Notes under the pieces: generated by a model
The model's database searches: none
What the model was told of the DNA's origin: nothing
Seen by the model: the letters and a program-made list of their open reading frames with translations, nothing else
Program-made: the position numbers and the translations under genes
In this document: in pieces, positions 36,363-44,530 of the stretch
Layout of the letters: the number at the start of each line of letters is the position of its first letter
How positions within the stretch are numbered: position 1 is the stretch's first letter
Virus record (IMG/VR): IMGVR_UViG_3300009100_000013
Span: 1 to 54,889 of that record
From: a virus
Lineage: Duplodnaviria; Caudoviricetes
Reading direction: 5' to 3' (one strand)
DNA: 54,889 nt

Positions 36363-38123
36363 TTATTGATCAGCAATTAATAAAATCGTAGATGAAAAAC
36401 CGGCTGTGCTAGATATAGTTCCGGAAATAATTCCTGTTTTATATAAATCTCCGCCAGTGGCTTTACGCACCCTTCCGGTAATTGGTTGATCCGAGCCATG
36501 ACTTCTTGTGTCAGATATTATACCAGATGCATTGGTTGTTCCATCAATCACAACTCCAGTAGATTTAACGGTTCCTGTAGCTGGTGTAGCTGGTGTTCCA
36601 GTGACAGTAAAACTATAACTATTAGCATCAATATAAGTTAAAGTATGGACGCCATTGTATTCTGCCTCATTTGCACCCTTTATTAGAACCTTTTTTCCAT
36701 CTACCAAGCCATGGCCCGTATGAGCTACTGTAGCAGTTGAACCAGATCTAGAAATGGTTACAGTTTCTTCAAAGGGCATTGGCCCAGTATTATCTGATGC
36801 AGTAACCAAAACTCTAGCTCCACTAATAACAGCATTGGTTTGAATATTCCTTACTGTAATGGTAGTAGTAACCGGATTTACAACTAGTGTAGTGGAAGCC
36901 CCTGAACCATTGCGAACAGTAGGGGATGTTCCACCAATAACATTTAGAGTTACAGCTCCGCCACTATTATTATAAACAGCAGCATCCGTGGTAGCATCTG
37001 CACCATATCCCGTAAACGTGTTATCTGTAAAATCATAAGTACCGGCAGTTGAAATTTCTATGGCATGACCGGTACCGTCTGAAACAAATGCACAACCGGA
37101 TATTAATCCCGGATTATTGCTCAAAAAACCGCTCGCATTAGTTAAATTAGTAAATTCGCAATTATCAATGGTAGCGCTTGATTGGGTCACTAGTCCTGTA
37201 GAAATAATCTTGCAACCTGTTAAGGTAGCTTTGGACGTTAATGTTATTGCCCTCAAACCATTAAAGGTACAACCAGCAATGTCCAGTGTTCCCGATGTGC
37301 CCGTAACAATTAAATCACCCTTAACAGAACCTGGAGAACTAAAAACTCCATTATTCCAATTGACATCTGTGCTGGCATGCTGTAAATCTACAGTTACACC
37401 CATAAAAGTGCTTTGAACGGTATTTTGTTGTGGAAATACAATTGAAAAATTAGAATCAGTAAAAACCAGAGACGAGGAGCTGCCCAAAGTTAAACGTGCC
37501 TTGCAATAAATTACACCACCAATCGTTTGAACTACGCCATATTTATTTGTAGAACTTCCTTCATCAGCTGTAGAATAATCCGACCATAAACCGGATGTGC
37601 CTGTCAATAATAAGCCGCTAGTAGTGCTGTCTACCGCATCCATGATTAAATTAGCCGCATTACCACCAACTGTAGGTATACTAATAATTGGTCCAAAATA
37701 TCTAGCCGTAGATTCGGTTAATGCAGTTCCACCCGTAGCATCAGGGGTTCTATTAACGTGTATCCAAAGACGTATCCACCCACCCGTTGCAGGAACTTCC
37801 GTTAATGGAATTATATGCTCGTCATAATTGGCAGAACCAGAATTGTCTGCTATTCTGACTCTTACAGCAGTTAATGAAGAGAAATGGGTGCACCAAAACC
37901 ACACTCCAAGATGGGTACCGGCAGCAGATAGGTTATTACTGCCACCATCATCTATCATAAATCCGTTCAAGGTAACGTTGGATTGCCGACGACCTAAAGA
38001 TTGAGAACCTTGAATGAAAATATCTGTATTAGCGGCGGCACCAGCGCCGCCACCTACGCTTACGACTGTAAGAGTACCTTCTAGGTCATGAATGCGAGTT
38101 AATTGAGAAGTAACCGTGGCCAC
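36363..38123 (-). CDS. virion structural protein with beta-helix-like region
   Basis: GCTF/GCKI/NCEF/GCAF/DNTF repeats. C-terminal HGLVDG.KVLIKGA...YNG module. Confidence 0.6.
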   Translation of the reverse strand: MATVTSQLTRIHDLEGTLTVVSVGGGAGAAANTDIFIQGSQSLGRRQSNVTLNGFMIDDGGSNNLSAAGTHLGVWFWCTHFSSLTAVRVRIADNSGSANYDEHIIPLTEVPATGGWIRLWIHVNRTPDATGGTALTESTARYFGPIISIPTVGGNAANLIMDAVDSTTSGLLLTGTSGLWSDYSTADEGSSTNKYGVVQTIGGVIYCKARLTLGSSSSLVFTDSNFSIVFPQQNTVQSTFMGVTVDLQHASTDVNWNNGVFSSPGSVKGDLIVTGTSGTLDIAGCTFNGLRAITLTSKATLTGCKIISTGLVTQSSATIDNCEFTNLTNASGFLSNNPGLISGCAFVSDGTGHAIEISTAGTYDFTDNTFTGYGADATTDAAVYNNSGGAVTLNVIGGTSPTVRNGSGASTTLVVNPVTTTITVRNIQTNAVISGARVLVTASDNTGPMPFEETVTISRSGSTATVAHTGHGLVDGKKVLIKGANEAEYNGVHTLTYIDANSYSFTVTGTPATPATGTVKSTGVVIDGTTNASGIISDTRSHGSDQPITGRVRKATGGDLYKTGIISGTISSTAGFSSTILLIADQ

Positions 38124-38144
38124 TGTTCACCGCTTTATTTCCTC

Positions 38145-40259
38145 TTAGGTATCGGTCGTACGAATTGCAGTAGCGGAACCACCAGCTGAACCTAGCGTAG
38201 CTGTGGTTTCGAATGTTTTGATTGGAGTGACTCCACCATCACGAATACGAACGAATAAAGACCTATCTGAGGAATATACTACAGTAAAGCTTTCACTGGT
38301 CGAAGTGGCTAATTTGTCAATATAAGAAATAAATACATCATTTCCGGAACTAGCATTATCCGAACTAAAATCCGTACTTGTAATGGTAAACGTTGAGCTG
38401 GCGAATGAAGTGTATACAATTCGTTTATAAATACCGCTATTACATTTAACACGAATAGTTCCTGTGGATGGCGTATCGGATGGAATCGTTGTAGATACGA
38501 CTACAGAAGTTACAGCAGCACCAGTTAACGAGCCCGAAAGAGCTAATTGATTTAGCTGTAAATTAGCTCCAGAGGCTGGACCTACCAGCACTCTGTCTTC
38601 ACCATTGATCAATCCTAATACAGAGAAAACAACGTTATTGGGCGGCGTTCTTTGCACGTTGTCTAAATCAAATAATTTATCGGAAGCACTTAAATCAGCG
38701 GTTTCAAGGCCAACACCATAACCACCAATAATTGCTGAGCCGGTGCTTACGCCAATAAATGGTCTACTTAAGGTTCTTTCCGTAACTGTTACGTTAACAT
38801 CTACTGTGGCACCACTAGTAGCTCCAGTTATTGTTTGATTATTTGTCGGGGCTACACCGGTCAATAATTGAATCCACATTTTAGTGGCAGCCGTAGTGCT
38901 GTTAATGGCCAACATCTGTCCCGTTCCACCAGACCATGATACCGCTTCTACGGCGCTAAACGTTCCTGTTGGGGTATCAACTACAATTTCATGCGTAACA
39001 CCTCTGAATTTTTCACCCGTTAAACCATATAGATTGGGAGAAGTCCAAACAATAAAAGTTAAATCAGATGCAGCGGATGCGGACCATGAACCGGCAAATG
39101 AAGCCCGGTTTCCTGCGTGCGCACCAGCTGAGTTGCCCTCAATGTCCACATAATTAGAGGCGTTACCACCCGAATATTCAAACACAATAAAATAATTAGT
39201 GGATGCTGACATCAAATAATTAGTCGTAAATGCAACTTGTGTGCTTGCGTAACTTGTAGTTAATTTACTTACATCCAAATTAACAGAGGTTGCTAAAGCG
39301 GATCCAGTAGGAGTGCCAGAAGATCCGAAAGTTCCTGTGTGAGCGTAAAGTTTGGCTACTAAATTGCCAGTTGGTGAACCAACCTTTTTTAAACTAGCCG
39401 TTGCCTTTACAAGCCTCATGGCATTAGAGCCAACCGCAAAGCTTTGACCTTGTGCTGTAGTTGTTGCGTCGCCAATTGGATAATTGGTTCCTGTTTCTGT
39501 TGATTGCGCTTCTTCGTCGGCTCGTCTACTAAGCCATTTGGCCCTTTCATACAATTGATTGATTGTAAGGGCAGCTCGATTCCACTCTGAATAATAAGGC
39601 TCAGTAACCGTATTATTGTCTACATCTAAAAGTCTGTAACCTTCGGTATTAGTTATCGTGGTCCAACCACGTGCTGTAGTTTCACTGGTGGCATTATTCA
39701 AATCGGAGGCATAGGTTAAAGCTAAAACGTTATTACCACGAGACGTACCATTGATTCTGAATTCAGAATATGTAAATCCAAATTCTCTAGTTTGACCAAT
39801 AAGACGCCTGCCATCAATGTCAGAACCACCCGTTCTGACTTTGACCATGAATCTGTGAGAAATGCCGTTAGCAGAATCTGAATTTAAACCGGTACTCCAA
39901 AAGTTTGGCGATAAAACGTTTCCATTTTGAATAATATCTAAATATGCGCCTTGATTTGCGAATACAACCAAACCATCGTAAATTGTGTTGCCGGTATCTT
40001 GAATAATAGACCCATCGTACAAATACTGAGCAGCCACATCATCAATGTTATAAGGACTATTCAATGTAATAATGTTATCAGTAGAGCGCTCTGAAGCCGT
40101 AGCATCGGTAATATCAAGAATATCGTTGCCAGTAGCTGTTGCATCATCCATCAAATCGCCTAACCAACGATGGAATTCAATTACAGTATATCTTGAGGTT
40201 CCGCTAACATGTCTAATATCACCAGTTGCAGCTACGCTAAAATCATCACCAATTGCCAT
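38145..40259 (-). CDS. large virion structural protein (fibre/appendage-like)
   Basis: 704 aa, T/S/G-rich. Internal beta-sandwich-like segment GQSF...LKKVGSPTGNL...YFIVF. Confidence 0.6.
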   Translation of the reverse strand: MAIGDDFSVAATGDIRHVSGTSRYTVIEFHRWLGDLMDDATATGNDILDITDATASERSTDNIITLNSPYNIDDVAAQYLYDGSIIQDTGNTIYDGLVVFANQGAYLDIIQNGNVLSPNFWSTGLNSDSANGISHRFMVKVRTGGSDIDGRRLIGQTREFGFTYSEFRINGTSRGNNVLALTYASDLNNATSETTARGWTTITNTEGYRLLDVDNNTVTEPYYSEWNRAALTINQLYERAKWLSRRADEEAQSTETGTNYPIGDATTTAQGQSFAVGSNAMRLVKATASLKKVGSPTGNLVAKLYAHTGTFGSSGTPTGSALATSVNLDVSKLTTSYASTQVAFTTNYLMSASTNYFIVFEYSGGNASNYVDIEGNSAGAHAGNRASFAGSWSASAASDLTFIVWTSPNLYGLTGEKFRGVTHEIVVDTPTGTFSAVEAVSWSGGTGQMLAINSTTAATKMWIQLLTGVAPTNNQTITGATSGATVDVNVTVTERTLSRPFIGVSTGSAIIGGYGVGLETADLSASDKLFDLDNVQRTPPNNVVFSVLGLINGEDRVLVGPASGANLQLNQLALSGSLTGAAVTSVVVSTTIPSDTPSTGTIRVKCNSGIYKRIVYTSFASSTFTITSTDFSSDNASSGNDVFISYIDKLATSTSESFTVVYSSDRSLFVRIRDGGVTPIKTFETTATLGSAGGSATAIRTTDT

Positions 40260-40468
40260 TACCAGCCTCCAGGAAAATACGAAGTAAATGTAGCGCTAAA
40301 GTTTCCCCCTTCAACGGTCAAGGTAGCAATATGATCAATCACCTCTACAGAAACACCAGTGCCCTCGATGTTGAGATCTGTAGCTGTATTTTCATACAAT
40401 CCTTCATCTAGAATGCGTAAATTACTTGTTACGGAGGAATTACCCATTCCTCTCATAAAATGAGACAT
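40259..40468 (-). CDS. small structural adaptor-like protein
   Basis: Likely ATG at 40468 (SD GGGG). ILDEG....ATDLNIEGTGV resembles phage fibre junction motifs. Confidence 0.45.
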   Translation of the reverse strand: MSHFMRGMGNSSVTSNLRILDEGLYENTATDLNIEGTGVSVEVIDHIATLTVEGGNFSATFTSYFPGGW

Positions 40469-40502
40469 ATTGACCCCGATAATATCACTACTATCATTCA
40501 CA

Positions 40503-40510
40503 AGATTAAG
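40503..40510 (-). promoter_or_regulatory. candidate late promoter CTTAATCT
   Basis: Overlaps the stop codon of the glycoside hydrolase gene. Confidence 0.5.
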
Positions 40511-41531
40511 TTAGAATTTCTTGCCAATGAAGACCAGCATCATTCAAGGGACCGGGAGTATTAGAATTCCCATTTCTATCGTACATTCCAAAACCTCTGG
40601 GCACACCAGGGCTTTGGGATTCATTATCAAAACACTGCCACCAAATAGCCCCTTTTATTCCAAGGCTTTCAGCAACAGAAATAACTTTATCCATTAGAGC
40701 GGGAACGTTTAGATTATGAGATGTAAAAGAACTTTCATCTTGTGGCCAAGTAAATTCCCCTATATAAATAGGAATTGTATTGCCCAAAGCATGTCTAATT
40801 TTTCTAACAGTTTCTGTTAAATTGGCCTCTATTGCAGCTTCTGTGCCGGCTTGGTTTGTCCATGTATTAATTGATTCATAAATGGTCAATGAAATTAAAT
40901 CTGGCATAGCCTTTGATAAAACGTCTCTATACAAACGATAGCCAAAATTATCCAAAACTCTATTCATTTCAATTGCTAATTGTACGGTTGATGTTGTACT
41001 AGTGGCTAATTGCGCAGCTCTAACCGCTTCTATTCTTTTTTTCATAAAAGCCGCATATCTACCTAATTTAGTAGAATCTAATGTAGCTCCAGGATCAACG
41101 TTGCCCAATAATTCCCAATCACCTTCGGCATTTTGTAAAATAAAAGTTTTATTGCTATATGTGCTTAATAGATGTACACACAAATTATATATTTCAGTAT
41201 ATTCGTTAGCTAAATTAGTTGGGGTTAAATCGGTTAGAGGTGAATTGACGGTATTTGCAAAAGTATATGTGGTAATAACAATTCTGGGCAAAGTAATGTC
41301 TCCCAAAATATGTACCATAGGCGCCGTTTGAGCTAATTCCGTTAAATTAGTTGGAGTTGAACCAAAATTTTGATTAGGATAAACCGTGGCATATGTGGGG
41401 GTTAAATATATTTTGGCAGTATCGAAACCCAAATCTCTAATGGTGTCTGTTCCATAAATAGCAATGTCTTGTTCTGTTGTTCTAACAGGATACTGCGGAG
41501 CAGCGTGAGCACAACCATACCAAATGCTCAT
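40506..41531 (-). CDS. putative clan GH-A glycoside hydrolase (TIM barrel)
   Basis: ILQNAEGDW (candidate acid/base Glu), IPIYIGEF (candidate nucleophile Glu), AIWWQCFDN, GFGMYD. Confidence 0.6.
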   Translation of the reverse strand: MSIWYGCAHAAPQYPVRTTEQDIAIYGTDTIRDLGFDTAKIYLTPTYATVYPNQNFGSTPTNLTELAQTAPMVHILGDITLPRIVITTYTFANTVNSPLTDLTPTNLANEYTEIYNLCVHLLSTYSNKTFILQNAEGDWELLGNVDPGATLDSTKLGRYAAFMKKRIEAVRAAQLATSTTSTVQLAIEMNRVLDNFGYRLYRDVLSKAMPDLISLTIYESINTWTNQAGTEAAIEANLTETVRKIRHALGNTIPIYIGEFTWPQDESSFTSHNLNVPALMDKVISVAESLGIKGAIWWQCFDNESQSPGVPRGFGMYDRNGNSNTPGPLNDAGLHWQEILT

Positions 41532-43192
41532 TAGGTTATCGCCTTTAATCGATAAGTTGTGCCATCCGTTGTGGTTTTAACTATTGCCCAACTACCGGCA
41601 GTTAAAGTTACAGAAGAATTGGCGCCACCACCATTTATGGTACCACCAGAAGCAGGAAATACCGCTGCATTATTGGCCCCTAAATTAGCTATTATGCAAC
41701 CACCGCCCCCAGCAGCATATGCACGCAAAATAACCGAATCGCCGTGAGAAGCCACGGTATTAATTGAGGTAAATTGCCAACCGCACGTTACAGCACTACC
41801 TTGCCCCCCGCCAGCATGAGCCGTTATACCTATTGCAGCAGAATCACCCAGATCCAGGTTTTGTCCGAAAGATTTTAATATACCACCACTCGTTACGCCA
41901 TTTAATCCAATTAATTCATCAGAAAAACGTAAAGCTCCAGAGCCCCAATATACGAAATTACCTCTGGTAGCATATGTACCTAAAGCAACTGTGGCCCAAT
42001 CTACAGAGTTTCCTTCTAATGCTAAGGGACCTGACGTGGATGTAATATCAGAACCGGTTAGAACATATTGTCCGCCGCCAGAAACTGAAACACCGTAAGT
42101 TACACTGGCGTTAGTTCCAGTTAAAATGCCAGAAAATTGATGTAAAGCTTGTAACACAACGGGTGTGGCAGTGCATCCTGTGGCAGAAACATTCATGGAC
42201 ACATAGTGCGAATTCATTATTTTAACGGCATTTCCACTGCAAGCTTTAGCGTTAATATTGCCATTAACATATAAATAATTTGAAATTTCAATTCTTGAAT
42301 TATCTTCTACGTTTTGATCACAAGTAACTCTTGTACCGCCCAATAATTCAGCGTATGATTGACTACCGCCACTTAAATAATTATTTTTAAAAGTCAAATT
42401 TCCAGAATCATAAAAACCGATTCCAGAAAATCCTGTAGCAACTAGATTACAGCCATATATTTCAGAATTTACATTTGATTGTCCAAAAATACCGTATAAA
42501 GCAGACGCAGAAGAAGGTTTAAATCCTCTCATAATAATTCTACAGCTATTTGAAGCCAAACCGATACAAAATGTGCTAGAGCCATAAGTTTGGCTAGCCT
42601 GAGTAACGAATGTAACGGGGTCTACTATTTGAAAAGTGGTCGTGTTATCCAAACCGGTCAAAGCATCAATTGAAATTGTGTCAATGGTATTATCTTTAAT
42701 TGTTCTTTGACAGGGACCGCCATTTGTAGATATATTGGCAGCAGTATCAGCATAAAAGCCTCCGCCGCCAGTTATTAGTAGAGTTTTACCTCGTAAATCA
42801 CTAACGGTCCAGTTTGCAGCGGCTGCCGGTTTCTTTACGGCTGTACTTGTAGTACCTGATCCAGCGGTTCCAGAATTTACTCCTGTGGTTACACTAGAAA
42901 GAGCGGTAGTTCCTAAAAGATATAATGAACCAGAGCCAACAAAGCTATCAACCATGAAACCAGTAAAAGTTCCGCTTTGATTTGTAATTCTATGATTAAA
43001 ATTACCTAAATTTTTAGGCAAAGAGGATATCGCGCCCGATATCGTTGCAAAAGGAAAGGCGGAATAATCACCACTAACTATTGTGGTTGGCCTATTTACA
43101 GAAACGTCAGAACCAGTAACTGAAACTGCTAAAGTAACTGCCCCAGTAGCTGTTGTTGGGAAATTCGTAGATGGGATAAAAAAGGAAGTCAT
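41531..43192 (-). CDS. tailspike-like parallel beta-helix protein
   Basis: PFATISGAISSLP anchor motif followed by beta-helix-like N/I/S/G repeats. Confidence 0.6.
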   Translation of the reverse strand: MTSFFIPSTNFPTTATGAVTLAVSVTGSDVSVNRPTTIVSGDYSAFPFATISGAISSLPKNLGNFNHRITNQSGTFTGFMVDSFVGSGSLYLLGTTALSSVTTGVNSGTAGSGTTSTAVKKPAAAANWTVSDLRGKTLLITGGGGFYADTAANISTNGGPCQRTIKDNTIDTISIDALTGLDNTTTFQIVDPVTFVTQASQTYGSSTFCIGLASNSCRIIMRGFKPSSASALYGIFGQSNVNSEIYGCNLVATGFSGIGFYDSGNLTFKNNYLSGGSQSYAELLGGTRVTCDQNVEDNSRIEISNYLYVNGNINAKACSGNAVKIMNSHYVSMNVSATGCTATPVVLQALHQFSGILTGTNASVTYGVSVSGGGQYVLTGSDITSTSGPLALEGNSVDWATVALGTYATRGNFVYWGSGALRFSDELIGLNGVTSGGILKSFGQNLDLGDSAAIGITAHAGGGQGSAVTCGWQFTSINTVASHGDSVILRAYAAGGGGCIIANLGANNAAVFPASGGTINGGGANSSVTLTAGSWAIVKTTTDGTTYRLKAIT

Positions 43193-43208
43193 TTATCCAC
43201 CTATACTT

Positions 43209-43973
43209 TTAACTTACCATGGAAAAGCGGAGGCTTCCGGAAGTTGAAGTAGCAGAAATGTTCCACACACCAATAGTGGTGCTAGAATTGATTTGCCTTC
43301 CGTTTGTAGCTAAATCATAGGAAAAACTTTCGTTATTTCCTAATTCTTGTATTTGAGAGCCATTTAAGGAAATACCTACGTTGGAATTGAATGTGCTAAC
43401 ACAAGTAAAAATACGGGCATTTCCAGAAATAGTACCTGATGGAAAAGCTTGTGTTACCGAGGCGTTACCAGCAGTAACAGAGGTGCTTGCAACTTTAATG
43501 TATTGAAATGTAGCACTGGTCAAAGCACTTGTGATAGAAACGGTATTTGTAACAGAAACCGAAGCAGCACTGCCTGAACCAGCCGTTACATAGTTACCCT
43601 GTCTATCAACGGTCATGACTCGTAAAGCTGTTGTAGGTTGGCTTTCGTAAACAACAGCAACTACCTCATCGTCACCCGGAAATACTTTGGGCTGTACTTT
43701 TGCTGCTACAGTTGAAGAAAGGCCCGTGGTAAAGCCGGCGCAATCAGTCCCAGAACCTTCATAGCTTTGACTTACCGGCCCAACCCGCATTTGAGTTGCG
43801 CTAATAACTTCTAAAACTTTGAGATTTTTTGTTGTTAAACCAGTACCGAAAAGCTGAACCAGTTGACCGCTATAAAATCCAGATGTGCTTCCAACCGTTA
43901 AAACACCAGTAGCATCACCATCAGCGGTTAATGCGGCCGAGGCTGCCGGCCAATTTCTTTCTAAAAGAGCCAT
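43209..43973 (-). CDS. virion structural protein
   Basis: 254 aa, S/T/V-rich, directly after the tube gene. Confidence 0.55.
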   Translation of the reverse strand: MALLERNWPAASAALTADGDATGVLTVGSTSGFYSGQLVQLFGTGLTTKNLKVLEVISATQMRVGPVSQSYEGSGTDCAGFTTGLSSTVAAKVQPKVFPGDDEVVAVVYESQPTTALRVMTVDRQGNYVTAGSGSAASVSVTNTVSITSALTSATFQYIKVASTSVTAGNASVTQAFPSGTISGNARIFTCVSTFNSNVGISLNGSQIQELGNNESFSYDLATNGRQINSSTTIGVWNISATSTSGSLRFSMVS

Positions 43974-43994
43974 TAGACATTACCTTAATCTCAA

Positions 43995-44510
43995 TTATGA
44001 GATATTGTATGGTACCGCTGTACCGTCCTTAATTTGATCATCAGAGGCATGTTCATCAGTAACTCTAATACCGACAAATGTCATTGAATAGGTAACCATA
44101 CCTTTTGCGCCGACTTGGCTACTATAACCACGGCTGCGGCATTGAGCTACGCGCATAACTTCTTCGCCAGTTTGGCGATCTTCAATTCTAATTGTCACAT
44201 CTTTATTATTGAGCAAATCTTTAAGAACAGGTATAACTTTGGCTGTGTCTATATTGCCATCAAAGCCAAAATGTGGACCAAAATTTACAACCCGCATACC
44301 GTTCAATGAAACTTCGACGGCTTCTTGGCTAACAGGAACAATTTCCTGTGGCTCGAATCTACCGAGTGTATGTACCGGTTCCATGCCGTATGGCAATGAC
44401 CAGCTACAGTCTGTGGCTAATCCCATTAATTGCTCATTGACATAAAGCTTCGCGCGCGCTCCGGTAAGAGTCTGGGCTTGATTTCCTGATTGACTAGATG
44501 CATTGGCCAT
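43995..44510 (-). CDS. major tail tube protein
   Basis: 171 aa directly after the sheath: TGARAKLYVN..MG.ATDCSWS..YG.EPVHTLG..EPQEIVP...IEDRQTG. Strong SD AGAGG. Confidence 0.85.
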   Translation of the reverse strand: MANASSQSGNQAQTLTGARAKLYVNEQLMGLATDCSWSLPYGMEPVHTLGRFEPQEIVPVSQEAVEVSLNGMRVVNFGPHFGFDGNIDTAKVIPVLKDLLNNKDVTIRIEDRQTGEEVMRVAQCRSRGYSSQVGAKGMVTYSMTFVGIRVTDEHASDDQIKDGTAVPYNIS

Positions 44511-44530
44511 TTTATATAACCTCTATATTA

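Noticed and set aside
43984-43991. Late-promoter motif CTTAATCT on the plus strand, antisense to the tube gene
   Set aside because: It is a single opposite-orientation copy that overlaps the SD (AAGG) of the downstream minus-strand gene, so coincidence is likely. RNA data would be needed.
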